Below are positions 38,596 through 48,158 of a stretch of 64,000 nucleotides of DNA, piece by piece. Source of the stretch: an uncultured Thermoleophilia bacterium (GTDB lineage Bacteria; Actinomycetota; Thermoleophilia; UBA2241). A program made the position numbers and the translations under genes. The stretch's first letter is position 1, and every line of letters begins with the position of its first letter. Location of the stretch: the NCBI GenBank assembly GCA_963762125.1, contig CAVXJO010000001.1:72610-136609 (forward strand). Direction: 5' to 3'. A model generated the notes under the pieces. It ran no database searches. It saw only the letters and a program-made list of their open reading frames with translations, and was not told where the DNA came from.

Positions 38596-39228
38596 ATGAA
38601 GCAGATCCTGTGCTACGGCGATTCGAACACGTGGGGTGCGGACCCGGCGGACGACTCGCGGCGCTTTGAGTGGCCGGTCCGCTGGCCGGGAGTGCTGCAG
38701 AGGGAGCTGGGCAAGGACTTCCACATCGTCGAGGAGGGTCTTGGCGGGCGGACGACGGTCTACGACGATCCACTCCTTCCGGGCCGGAGCGGCAGGGATC
38801 TGATCGCCCCGGCGCTCGAGTGCCACGCCCCGCTCGACCTGGTCATCCTGATGCTGGCGACCAACGACATCAGCTATGCGCACATCTCGGCGGCGGCGGC
38901 CGCGGACGGGGCCGCCGAACTCGCTCATCTCGTGCAGCGCTGCGAGCTGGGACCGGGCGACGCCGCGCCGAAGCTCCTGCTCGTCTGTCCGCCGTCCGTG
39001 GGACCCTTTGTGAACAACTGGCGCCCGGAGCTGTGGACCGGGGCGGACGAGAAGTCGCGCGCGCTGCCGCGGGAGTTCGCGCGCGTCGCTGCTGTCCTTG
39101 GCGTCCCTTGGCTGGACGCGGGCCGGGTCGTCGCGACCAGCTCGCTCGACGGCTGGCACCTCGAGGCCTCGGAGCACGAGCGTCTCGGCGTCGCGTTGGC
39201 CGCCCGCGTCCGGGAACTGCTGGACTAG
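38596..39228 (+). CDS. SGNH/GDSL hydrolase family protein
   Basis: Block I ILCYGDSNTWG (catalytic Ser), block II GLGGRTT, block III ATNDI, block V DGWHL. Confidence 0.8.
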   Translation: MKQILCYGDSNTWGADPADDSRRFEWPVRWPGVLQRELGKDFHIVEEGLGGRTTVYDDPLLPGRSGRDLIAPALECHAPLDLVILMLATNDISYAHISAAAAADGAAELAHLVQRCELGPGDAAPKLLLVCPPSVGPFVNNWRPELWTGADEKSRALPREFARVAAVLGVPWLDAGRVVATSSLDGWHLEASEHERLGVALAARVRELLD

Positions 39229-39264
39229 CCCGGATCCGCCGGGACACCGGGGATCGCTGGCGAG

Positions 39265-40371
39265 ATGGACCTCAGAGTCTTCAGCATCGGTGCCGCCGAC
39301 TCGCTGGTCCCCGTCGTCGCTGTCCTCGCCACCGTCGCGGCCGCCTGGCTGCTCTACCGGTACCGCCGGCGCATGGTGGAGATGCGCCCGCCCGGGGCGC
39401 CGCGGACCGTGAGCGTGGATCCGCAGCCGTTCGAGTACGTCCAGCTCAGGGAAGTAGTCATGGTCGCGGCGCTGGCGCTGGCGGTGTACGTGCTGATCCC
39501 GCAGCTCGCCGACGTGACCGGAGTGTGGTCGAGCATCAAGCACGCCGACTGGGCGTGGGCGCTGTGGGCGGTGGGCGCGTCGGCGCTCACCTTCGTGGCC
39601 GCCGCGATCGGCCTGATGGGGGCCGTCCCTCAACGCCTTCCTCTCCCTCTGACGACGGCCGCCCAGCTGGCCGGTGCCTTCGTCAACCGCATCGTCCCCG
39701 CCCGCATGGGCGGCATGGCGACCAACCTGCGCTACCTGCAGAAGCGGGGCGTGGGCCTCGCCGTCGCGACTGCGAGCATCGGCGTGCAGCAGGTGTCGGG
39801 GCTCCTCGTGCACGTCGCCCTCTCGGCTGTCCTTCTGGTCTGGGCCGGACGCAACGCCGGGGACGCACTGCAGGCGCTTCCCTCCGAACAGACCGTGCTG
39901 ATCGGGCTCACCGTCCTCGGCGTCTTCTCAGGCCTGCTCTTCCTGCTGCCGTGGGGCCGGCGTCTCCTGCGCACGCGCGTCCTGCCGCCGCTGCAGCGAT
40001 CTGGCAGCGGCGTCGCCGCCATCGCGCGCAGCCCGCTCAAGCTGCTGGAGTTGTTCGGGGGCGCGGTGTTCCTCACGCTCATGAACATCGCTGCGCTCGT
40101 CTTCTCGGTGTACGCGTTCGGAACGACCGACGTGAGCGTGGCCGTGATCGGCGTCGCCTTTCTCGTGGGCTCCGGCGTTGCGTCGGTCGCCCCGACGCCG
40201 GGCAATCTCGGCGCCGTCGAGGCGGCGCTCATCGCCGGCCTGACCACCGTGGGCGTGGACCCCGACGTCGCCGTTCCTGCGGTCTTCCTCTTCCGCATCG
40301 TCACCTTCTGGCTGCCGATCCTGCCGGGCTGGCTGACGCTCGTCCTTCTGCAGCGCCGGGGTGACCTCTGA
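39265..40371 (+). CDS. lysylphosphatidylglycerol-synthase-like transmembrane domain protein (UPF0104 / flippase-like family)
   Basis: 8 or more TM helices. ARMGGMATNLRYL and a C-terminal PGNLGAVEAAL motif, typical of the MprF-TM-like / TIGR00374 family. Confidence 0.6.
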   Translation: MDLRVFSIGAADSLVPVVAVLATVAAAWLLYRYRRRMVEMRPPGAPRTVSVDPQPFEYVQLREVVMVAALALAVYVLIPQLADVTGVWSSIKHADWAWALWAVGASALTFVAAAIGLMGAVPQRLPLPLTTAAQLAGAFVNRIVPARMGGMATNLRYLQKRGVGLAVATASIGVQQVSGLLVHVALSAVLLVWAGRNAGDALQALPSEQTVLIGLTVLGVFSGLLFLLPWGRRLLRTRVLPPLQRSGSGVAAIARSPLKLLELFGGAVFLTLMNIAALVFSVYAFGTTDVSVAVIGVAFLVGSGVASVAPTPGNLGAVEAALIAGLTTVGVDPDVAVPAVFLFRIVTFWLPILPGWLTLVLLQRRGDL

Positions 40372-40399
40372 CTCGGGCGCTCGCCGGCAAAGCCTGAAC

Positions 40400-40956
40400 A
40401 CAGGCCGGCCGTGACCTACCCCGCCCGACCTGTCGCGCAGGTAGCGACTCTTCGTGAGCTCCGGCGACAGCGCCTCCGTGCCCACGTGGCGGAACGCCAG
40501 CGGGCGCTTCATCCTGCCGAACAAGGGCACGCCGTCCCCCAACAGGATCGGGACTCTGGTGATGATGAGCTCGTCGATCAGGTCCGAGTCCAGGAAGCTC
40601 TGGATGGTGCGGCCACCGTCCACGTAGAGGTTCAGGTAGCCGCGCCTCCGGAGTGCGGAGACGATGCTCTGCGGGTCGCCGCTCACGATCTCCGCCTTGT
40701 CCGCCACCGCCGCGGGCACCGCCTCCAGGCTCGTGCTCAGCACGAACACCGGTTTGCCGTATGGCCACTCGCCGAACGCCAGCACCGTCTCGAAGGTCCT
40801 CCGGCCCATCACGATCGCATCGACGCCGGAGAGGAACTCGGCGAAGCCGTAGTCGCTGCCTTCGGGGTTGGGCTGCTCGGTCAGCCACTCGAGGTCTCCG
40901 GCACGGTCCGCGATGAGACCATCCAGGCTCGTCGCCACATAGACGTAGTTGGGCAT
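40400..40956 (-). CDS. dihydrofolate reductase family protein (RibD C-terminal domain), C-terminal boundary uncertain
   Basis: MPNYVYVATSLDGLIADRAGDLEWL...VMGRRTFE...LYVDGGRTIQSFL. The ORF stays open to 39928, running antisense into the convergent gene, so the real stop or a frameshift is near 40400-40430. Confidence 0.6.
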
Positions 40957-41122
40957 GGCGCCTCCCTTCGGTCGCGCTGACTGGAGACAGTATCGCCTTC
41001 CGATGCGCGACGCGATGCGGCGGTGCTCGCGCTATGCGCGCGCTGCCGGGGCCGAGAGCAGGGGGGCCGTGGCCACGGGAGCAGTCACACGAGTTGACGA
41101 ACCGTCATCAGATTGATAGCTT

Positions 41123-41153
41123 TTCTCAACACTGTTGAGAACAGTTCTCAACT
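41123..41153. promoter_or_regulatory. perfect 9-1-9 inverted repeat TTCTCAACA-C-TGTTGAGAA plus a third half-site (GTTCTCAAC), candidate Fur-family operator
   Basis: Lies 20-50 nt upstream of the Fur-family gene start. The palindrome is perfect, and a direct repeat of the half-site follows 4 nt later. Confidence 0.5.
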
Positions 41154-41171
41154 GGAGCTTGGGGAGCACGC

Positions 41172-41624
41172 GTGACCGACCCGCAGCCGGCGCACGACAT
41201 CGAGGCCGTCTTCCATCAGAAGGGCATCCCGTTCACCCGGCAGCGCCGGCTGATCTGGGACTTCTTCGCCGGCGCCGACCGCGCCACCACCATCACGGAG
41301 GCGGCGGACGCTCTGCGCAGCGAGGGCGTCGGTCAGGCCACCGTGTACCGCACCGTGCAGCTTCTGAGCGACCTTGGTCTGCTCGCGCGGGTGCAGGATG
41401 GACGCGGCGAGATCTGCTTCATCGCGCCGCCGATCGGACACAGTCACCCGCTCATCTGCGGCGTCTGCCGCAAGGTGGTCCGCTTCGACGGCGATGGTGA
41501 CGTCGCGGATCTCGAGGCGCGGCTCGCCGAGGCCACGGGCTTCACGATCTACGGCCACCACCTCGAGGTGTACGGCATCTGCCCCTCCTGTCGCGCCGCG
41601 AAGGAGGGCGACCATGGCGAGTGA
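41172..41624 (+). CDS. Fur family transcriptional regulator (Fur/Zur/PerR-like)
   Basis: N-terminal winged helix (RLIWDFF..., ATVYRTVQLLSDLGLL). Metal-binding HSHPLICGVC and C-terminal CPSC (CxxC...CxxC structural Zn site). Confidence 0.85.
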   Translation: MTDPQPAHDIEAVFHQKGIPFTRQRRLIWDFFAGADRATTITEAADALRSEGVGQATVYRTVQLLSDLGLLARVQDGRGEICFIAPPIGHSHPLICGVCRKVVRFDGDGDVADLEARLAEATGFTIYGHHLEVYGICPSCRAAKEGDHGE

Positions 41625-42396
41625 CGCGCCGCGGACCAGCGTTCCGTCCGCCAACGGCAGGTACGCCGGCGCGTCGCTCGCCGCTCGATCCGACCAGGAG
41701 ACCGATGTGGATCAGGAACTGATCGCCGGCGCGAGCGGCGACGAACTCGCCGGCCGCCGCTTCTTCTGCTCGTGGAGCGGCGGCAAGGACGCCTATCTTG
41801 CGCTCCAGCGCGCCACACTGCGCCGCGGCGAGCCGGCCGCCCTCGTGTGCATGCTGCACGAGGACGGCCGCGTGAGTCGCGGCCACGGCCTGCCGCTCGC
41901 GCTGCTCGAGGAGCAGGCCGCCGCACTCGGCATACCGCTCATCGCGCGGGCCACCACGTGGGACGACTACGAGGCGACCTACGTCTCGCTCCTGCACGGA
42001 CTGCGCGCAGAGGGTGTGGAGGCCGGCGTGTTCGGCGACATCGATCTCCAGGCGCATCGCGACTGGGTCGAGGGCGTCTGCGAGGTCGCCGGGCTCGGCT
42101 GCCACCTGCCGCTGTGGCAGGAGCCGCGGCGCCGGCTGCTGGACGAGTTCCTCGCCGGCGGCTCACGTGCCACCATCGTCGCCGTCGACTCGTCCAGGCT
42201 CGGCGCCGAGTTCCTCGGCCTCGAACTGGACGACGCCGTCATCGCCCGCCTCGAGGCCGCCGGCGTGGACGCCTGTGGTGAGGAGGGTGAGTACCACACC
42301 ATGGTCACCCAGGCCCCGCTGTTCTCGCGTCCGGTCCCACTCGCATGGGATGGGACCGAGGAGCGCGAGGGTCACTACGTTCTCAGCTATGTCTAG
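41614..42396 (+). CDS. Dph6-related PP-loop ATP pyrophosphatase (MJ0570-like ATP-binding domain protein)
   Basis: PP-loop FFCSWSGGKDAYLAL, then the conserved GDIDLQAHRDWVE and EYHT motifs of the diphthine-ammonia-ligase-like family. ATG overlaps the end of the Fur-family gene. Confidence 0.7.
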   Translation: MASDAPRTSVPSANGRYAGASLAARSDQETDVDQELIAGASGDELAGRRFFCSWSGGKDAYLALQRATLRRGEPAALVCMLHEDGRVSRGHGLPLALLEEQAAALGIPLIARATTWDDYEATYVSLLHGLRAEGVEAGVFGDIDLQAHRDWVEGVCEVAGLGCHLPLWQEPRRRLLDEFLAGGSRATIVAVDSSRLGAEFLGLELDDAVIARLEAAGVDACGEEGEYHTMVTQAPLFSRPVPLAWDGTEEREGHYVLSYV

Positions 42397-42424
42397 CAAA
42401 GTCACGAAGGGAGTCACCACCGCC

Positions 42425-43384
42425 ATGACTACTACTCGTACCGGCCGCCTCACCGCGGCGCTCCTCCTCGTCGCCGTGCTCGCCATCGGCGTCGTCGCCT
42501 TGAGCGCCTGCGGCTCGGGCTCCGACACCGCCGCCTCGAGTTCGCCGTCCGCCGCCGCGGCCGGCCCGATCACGGTCACCGACGACTCCGGCGCCGAGGT
42601 CACGCTCGACAAGGCCGCCGAGCGCATCGTCAGCCTCGCGCCCGCCGATACCGAGATCGCTTACGCCATCGGCGCCGGCGACAAGATGGTCGCCGGCACC
42701 AGCTACGACGACTATCCGGAAGAGGCGAAGGCGCTCCCCAAGATCGGCGACTTCAACAACCCGAACATCGAGAAGACCGCTTCGTTCTCGCCAGACCTCG
42801 TCCTGGCGGCCGGCGGCCTTCAGGCCAAGCTGCAGAGCAAGCTCGAGGCCCTCGGCATGACGGTCTATGTGGTCGACCCCAAGACCTACGACGACGTCAT
42901 CAACACCATCGAGAACATCGGCAAGCTCACGGGCTCCGAGGAGGGCGCGGCGACGGTCGTAGCCACGATGACCGCCGCCCGGCAGGAGGTCCAGGCCGCT
43001 GTGGGCGACCTGCCCAAGACCACGACCTTCCTCGAGATCTACAGCAAGCCGCTGATGACCGCCGGCTCGGATACGTTCATCGACGACATGATCACCACCG
43101 CCGGCGGCGAGAACATCGGCGCCCAAGCCGGCAGCGGCTTCCCGACCTTCAGCACTGAGGTGCTGGTCAAGGACGACCCGCAGGTCTACATCGCCGACTC
43201 CGGCTCCATGAGCAAGCCCGGCGACATCAACGCCCGCGCTGGCTTCTCCGACCTCACCGCGGTCAAGGACGGCCACGTCTACGTGATCGAGGACAGCACG
43301 ATCGCACGACCTGGCCCGCGGCTCGCCGAGGGCCTCAAGGCGCTGGCCGGCATGATCCATCCGGAGGCGTCGAGCGCGCAGTGA
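42425..43384 (+). CDS. ABC transporter substrate-binding lipoprotein, TroA/BtuF-like (siderophore/heme/B12 class, cluster A-2)
   Basis: Lipobox LSACGSG. RIVSLAPADTEIAYAIGAGDKMVAGTS is typical of the Peripla_BP_2 family. AAGGGA RBS. Confidence 0.8.
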   Translation: MTTTRTGRLTAALLLVAVLAIGVVALSACGSGSDTAASSSPSAAAAGPITVTDDSGAEVTLDKAAERIVSLAPADTEIAYAIGAGDKMVAGTSYDDYPEEAKALPKIGDFNNPNIEKTASFSPDLVLAAGGLQAKLQSKLEALGMTVYVVDPKTYDDVINTIENIGKLTGSEEGAATVVATMTAARQEVQAAVGDLPKTTTFLEIYSKPLMTAGSDTFIDDMITTAGGENIGAQAGSGFPTFSTEVLVKDDPQVYIADSGSMSKPGDINARAGFSDLTAVKDGHVYVIEDSTIARPGPRLAEGLKALAGMIHPEASSAQ

Positions 43385-44379
43385 GCAAGCTCGCCCGCAC
43401 AGGCGTGTGGCCGGGGATCCTCCTGGCCGCCGGCATCCTCGCCGTCTGCCTCGTGCTGGCGCTCGCCCTGGGACCGGCCTCGCTGTCGGTGGGACGGATA
43501 TGGCACCTGCTCTTCGCGGGGCCGGTCCGGGGCGACCTCGACAACGCCATCTTCTGGCAGATCCGCATGCCGCGCGTCCTCACCGCCGCCCTCGTCGGTG
43601 CGGCGCTGGCCGTGGCCGGCGTGATCCTCCAGGACCTTTTCCTCAACCCGCTGACCGATCCGTACGTGACGGGCGTCTCGTCCGGCGCCGCGCTCGGCGC
43701 CACCATCGGCATCGTGCTGCACTTCGGCAACCTGCCCTGGATGACCGTGCTCGCCATCGTCGGTGGCCTCGGCACGCTGGTCATAGTGTGGATGGCGGCG
43801 CGCCGCCGCGGCCGCATCGACGTCTTCGTGCTCCTGCTCGCCGGCGTCACCATCTCCTACCTGGCCAGCGCCCTCGTCACCGTCCTCATGATCAAGGCGA
43901 ACCAGGACATGACGGCGATCATCTACTGGCTCATGGGCAGCTTCTCCGGGCGGGGTTGGCCGGACGTGCGCATCGCGCTGGTCACGATCCCGTTCATGAT
44001 CCTGCCGCTGTTCTTCGGCCGCGAGATGGACATCCTTCTGCAGGGTGAGAAGCGGGCGCTCGAGCTCGGCGTGGAAGTCGAGCGCACCAAGCGGATGCTG
44101 TTGGTGACGGCCGGGGTGCTCACCGCGCTGGCCGTCTCGGTGAGCGGCATCATCGGCTTCGTCGGCCTGGTGGTGCCCCACATCGTGCGGCTGCTGGTCG
44201 GGCCGGGACACCGTGGGCTGCTCCCGGTCTCGCTGCTGGTCGGCTCCTCGATGATGGTGATCGCCGACCTCCTGAGCCGCACGGTGATCTCGCCCAACGA
44301 GATCCCCGTCGGCGTGGTCACCACGTTCGTCGGCGCTCCCCTGTTCGTGTACCTGCTGCGGCACGGGAGACGGGCGTGA
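43381..44379 (+). CDS. FecCD family ABC transporter permease (iron-siderophore/heme/B12 type)
   Basis: FecCD signature (ALALGPASLSVGRIWHLL, RMPRVLTAALVGAALAVAGVILQ, GVSSGAALGA). ~10 TM segments. Confidence 0.9.
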   Translation: MSKLARTGVWPGILLAAGILAVCLVLALALGPASLSVGRIWHLLFAGPVRGDLDNAIFWQIRMPRVLTAALVGAALAVAGVILQDLFLNPLTDPYVTGVSSGAALGATIGIVLHFGNLPWMTVLAIVGGLGTLVIVWMAARRRGRIDVFVLLLAGVTISYLASALVTVLMIKANQDMTAIIYWLMGSFSGRGWPDVRIALVTIPFMILPLFFGREMDILLQGEKRALELGVEVERTKRMLLVTAGVLTALAVSVSGIIGFVGLVVPHIVRLLVGPGHRGLLPVSLLVGSSMMVIADLLSRTVISPNEIPVGVVTTFVGAPLFVYLLRHGRRA

Positions 44380-45719
44380 CGGCCGCGCCACGCTCCCACC
44401 CTGGAGCTCCGGAGGCTGCCGCTCCACTCGTGGCCCTCAAGGACGTCGACTTCGCCTACGACGAGCGACCGGTGCTGCGGCGCATCGGCTTCACGCTCGA
44501 GTCCGGAGACTTCGTCGGCATCGTCGGTCCCAACGGGAGCGGCAAGTCGACGCTGGTCGATCTCATCGACGGCATTCACCAACCGGCCGCCGGCGAGGTG
44601 CTCATCAAGGGGCTGCCGACCGGGTCGTACAAGCGCAAGGCCATGGCCCGCGAGGTCGCGCTCGTGCCGCAGCATTTCGACCTCGACTTCGACCTCGCCG
44701 TCCGCGAGGTCGTGGAGATGGGCGGCTACTGCCGCGCCAAAGACCCGGCGGCGAGCGGCGACCCCGAGCTGACGCTGGCCCGCCTCGGGGTCGCCCACCT
44801 CGTGAACCGCCGCTTCTCGGAGCTATCCGGCGGCGAGAAGCAGCTCGTGGTGCTCGCTCAGGCGCTGATGCAGCGGGCGCCCCTGCTGCTGCTCGACGAG
44901 CCGGCCTCCGCGCTCGACGTGTCGCATCAGCTGCGGCTCTTCGACTTGCTCAGGGAGCTCAACGCCGACGGACTGACGGTGCTCTGCATCCTGCACGATC
45001 TCAACCTGGCGCTGCACTACTTCGACAAGCTGCTGGTGCTCAGCGACGGCGAGGTCGCGGCGTTCGGGCCGCCCGACGACGTGCTGCGGCCCGAGGTGGT
45101 CGAGGCCGTGTACGGCGTGCGCGCCTACCTGCATCGGCACGCCGGACGCACCTACCTGACATTCTCGCCGCGGTTGCGCGGCGAGCGCCGCGGGCGCGTG
45201 CATCTCATCTGCGGCGGGGGCACCGGCGCGGGGATGATGCGCGAGCTGGCGGACGCCGGGTACGAAGTCACCGCCGGCGTCCTCAACGCGCTTGACACCG
45301 ACGAGGAGACCGGGCGCGAGCTCGGCCTCGAGATGGCCGTGGAGGCGCCCTTCTCGCCGGTCGGCGACGAGGCGCACGCGGAGAACCTGGAACTGCTGCG
45401 CGCCGCCGACCTCGTCGTCGTGAGCGCCATCCCGGTTAGCCACGGCAACGCGCGCAACATCGCCGCCGCCCGTGAGGCGCTGGCCGCCGGCATTCCCGTG
45501 TGGGCCGACGATGGCGTGCGCGCCAATGACTTCGCCGGCGCGGTCGACGAGCTGGCGGCGGCGGGCGCGCAATTCTTCGCCGGCGAGGAGGCGCTGCTCA
45601 CGGCTGTGCGGGGCCGCAGCCTCTCCGGCTCCGGATCGGCGTCCGCGGTGGAGACCGCCTCCACGCGAGTCGCGGCTCCGCCGGAAGACGACTCGCCGGC
45701 CTCGGGGCCGGCGACGTAA
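44376..45719 (+). CDS. ABC transporter ATP-binding protein (FepC/BtuD-like) fused to a C-terminal ~190-aa CoA-binding-like Rossmann domain
   Basis: Walker A GPNGSGKST, signature LSGGEKQ, Walker B LLLDEPASALD, H-loop ILHDL. After ~aa 260 comes VHLICGGGTGAGMM...GYEVTAGVLN...DLVVVSAIP...GIPVWADDG, resembling the PF13380/PF02629-type CoA-binding fold. Confidence 0.8.
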   Translation: MTAAPRSHPGAPEAAAPLVALKDVDFAYDERPVLRRIGFTLESGDFVGIVGPNGSGKSTLVDLIDGIHQPAAGEVLIKGLPTGSYKRKAMAREVALVPQHFDLDFDLAVREVVEMGGYCRAKDPAASGDPELTLARLGVAHLVNRRFSELSGGEKQLVVLAQALMQRAPLLLLDEPASALDVSHQLRLFDLLRELNADGLTVLCILHDLNLALHYFDKLLVLSDGEVAAFGPPDDVLRPEVVEAVYGVRAYLHRHAGRTYLTFSPRLRGERRGRVHLICGGGTGAGMMRELADAGYEVTAGVLNALDTDEETGRELGLEMAVEAPFSPVGDEAHAENLELLRAADLVVVSAIPVSHGNARNIAAAREALAAGIPVWADDGVRANDFAGAVDELAAAGAQFFAGEEALLTAVRGRSLSGSGSASAVETASTRVAAPPEDDSPASGPAT

Positions 45720-45848
45720 GGGAGACGGAGCGGGCGGCGCGCCGCGTGGCGCCCGCTCCGTCTCCCTGCTCCACCCGGGCGCCAGACCCAGTACGCGCCC
45801 CGGCCCGCCGTCCTGTCGCGTCTCCGCCGCACGGCGCCGCGAGTCAGG

Positions 45849-46298
45849 CTAGCCGAGCCGCTCCCTGAGCTCGGCTGCGTACGCGCGGTCCTGCTGCGCG
45901 CTCTTGGCGAACAGGCGCGCCTGCAGTTCGAGCGCGTCCGCGCACTGCATCGCGAACTCCTCGTGGTAGCGCGCGGCGTCTTCCTCGGCCTGGATGAGCT
46001 GCTCGACGGCGGCGGGCCAGCTCGTCTCCGGTTCGGCGTCGAGCACCCCCAGGTAGGGGCCGCCCTTGAGCGAGCCGGCCGGGGCCGACGCTCTGGTGTC
46101 TGCCCCTGTCTGTTGCATCATCAGCTTCTGTACGCGGTCGTCGTGTGTGCAGACGACCTCTTCGAGCTTGTCCTGCCACTCCTGGTCCGGCGCCACGATA
46201 CCGGCTGCGGCCGCGAAGTCGGCGCACGCCTGTTCTGCTTCGAGCGCGAAGCGGAGGGCGGATCCGTAGGCTGTGATCTCGGGGAACTCGTGGGCCAC
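45849..46298 (-). CDS. hypothetical protein
   Basis: 149-aa acidic ORF with no recognisable motif. Convergent with the ABC operon. Confidence 0.35.
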   Translation of the reverse strand: MAHEFPEITAYGSALRFALEAEQACADFAAAAGIVAPDQEWQDKLEEVVCTHDDRVQKLMMQQTGADTRASAPAGSLKGGPYLGVLDAEPETSWPAAVEQLIQAEEDAARYHEEFAMQCADALELQARLFAKSAQQDRAYAAELRERLG

Positions 46299-46510
46299 GT
46301 CGGTCTCCTTCCGGTCGTCGTGTTGCCGACGTTCCTACCCGGTCACGGCCGTTTCTACGTCGGCCGGGATCGTCCAAGGCGAAGGGGGCGGAAGGCAGGC
46401 GAGCCTGCCTTCCGCCTCCCAAAGGGCGGGGTGACGTCGGTCACCCCGCCCCAGCGACGGTCATGATCAGCGGGACCGGAGTCGCCGTGAGGCGGCCGCC
46501 GGAGGCGCTG

Positions 46511-48050
46511 TCACCACTGCTTGTTGACGGTACCCTCCCAGGTGCCGACCTTCTTCTCCTTCTTCTCCACTTCGGTGAACCAGCGCGAGGTGACGCACTT
46601 GCTCTCGGTGAAGAAGCGGATCCCGTCGAGGCCGAAGACGTGGCTCTCGCCGAAGAACGAGTCCTTGTGGCCGGCGAAGGGGAAGAAGCTGACCGGTACC
46701 GGGATGCCGACGTTGATGCCGACCATGCCGGCGTGCGTGCGCCTGGCGAACTCACGCGAGAAGTAGCCGCTCTCGGTGAAGATGCAGGAGCCGTTGGCGA
46801 AGCGGCTGTCGTTCATGATGGTGAGGCCCTCTTCGAAGTCCTCGACGCGCTTGATGGCGAGAACCGGCCCGAAGATCTCCTCGCGGCCGATCTCCATGTC
46901 CTCGGTCACGTTGTCGAAGATCGTGGGACCGACGAAGAAACCGTTCTCGTAGCCCGGCACGACCAGGTCGCGGCCGTCGAGGATGAGGTCGGCGCCTTCC
47001 TCGACGCCCTTGTCGATCCACTTCTTGACGGAGGCCTGGTGCTCGGCGGATGACGACCGGGCCGAGCTCGGTCTTGGGGTCGTAGGAGCAGCCGACGACG
47101 CGCTGCTTGGCGGACTCCATCATGTAGCCGATGAACTCGTCGGCGATCGCGTTCTCGACGACGATCACGGGCAGCGCCATGCAGCGCATGCCGGCGCAGC
47201 CGAAGGTCGAGTTGATGATGCCGGCGGCGGCGCGCTCGAGCGAGGCGTCGGCGAGCACGAGGCCGTGGTTCTTGGCCTCGGTCTGGGCCTGGACGCGCTT
47301 GCCGTGGGCGGCCGCGAGCGAGTAGACGTGCTTGCCGACGCTGGTCGAGCCGACGAAGCTGACGCCGCGCACCAGGGGGTGGGTCATCATGATCTCGGCC
47401 TCGACGCGCGAGCAGGTCACGACGTTGACGACGCCCTTGGGCAGGCCGGCCTCGTAGAGCAGTTCGAGCAGTCGCATGCCGGTGGTCGGGACCATGCTGG
47501 CCAGCTTCAGGACCAGGGTGTTGCCGGTGACGATGCAGAGCGGCAGCATCCAGCCGAAGGGGATCATGCCGGGGAAGTTGAAGGGCGCGATGCCGGCGAA
47601 CACGCCGATCGGCTCGCGGTAGCTCACGGTGTCGTGCCCGGTGGACACGTTCATGAGCGACTCGCCCTTCATGGTCATCGGCGCGGAGACGCCGACCTCG
47701 CAACCCTCGATGATCTTGATGACCTCGCCGCGCGCCTCGTCGAGGTTCTTGCCGAGTTCGCGTGAGCAGAGGTAGGTGATCTCCTCGGCGTGCTCCTCGA
47801 GCAGGGCCTTCCAGCGATAGAGCACCTGGGTGCGCCTCTGGACCGGCGTGGTCGACCAGGTCTGAAACGCCTTGTGGGCGCTCTCGATGGCGCCCTCGAC
47901 CTCGGCGGCCGTGCAGCACGGCGCCTTGGCGAACACCTCGCCGGTGCTCGAGTCGGTCACGTCCATGTACGTGTCGGTGGTCGACTCGCGCCACTCGCCG
48001 TCGACGCAGTACTTCAGCATCTGGACATCGGTCTTCTCGGCTGTCGCCAT
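46511..48050 (-). pseudogene. mmsA: methylmalonate-semialdehyde dehydrogenase (CoA-acylating) MmsA, aldehyde dehydrogenase family, with -1 frameshift near 47048
   Basis: N-part ORF 46752..48065: GAPFNFPGMIPFGWM and catalytic-Cys region FGCAGMRCMA. C-part ORF 46511..46960: EEIFGPVL, MVGINVGIPVP. Inserting one base at ~47048 restores GPVVI-SAEHQASVKKWID. GAGAGGA RBS before MATAE. Confidence 0.75.
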
Positions 48051-48158
48051 TCTGGGTCCTCTCATCGCGATCGCGGGGCTGCCAAGGGTTGATTGGTGCG
48101 GCTGGAAGGAGTCTAATCAATCAAGTGATTAACTTCAACTACCACGAGGGAAGCCGCT

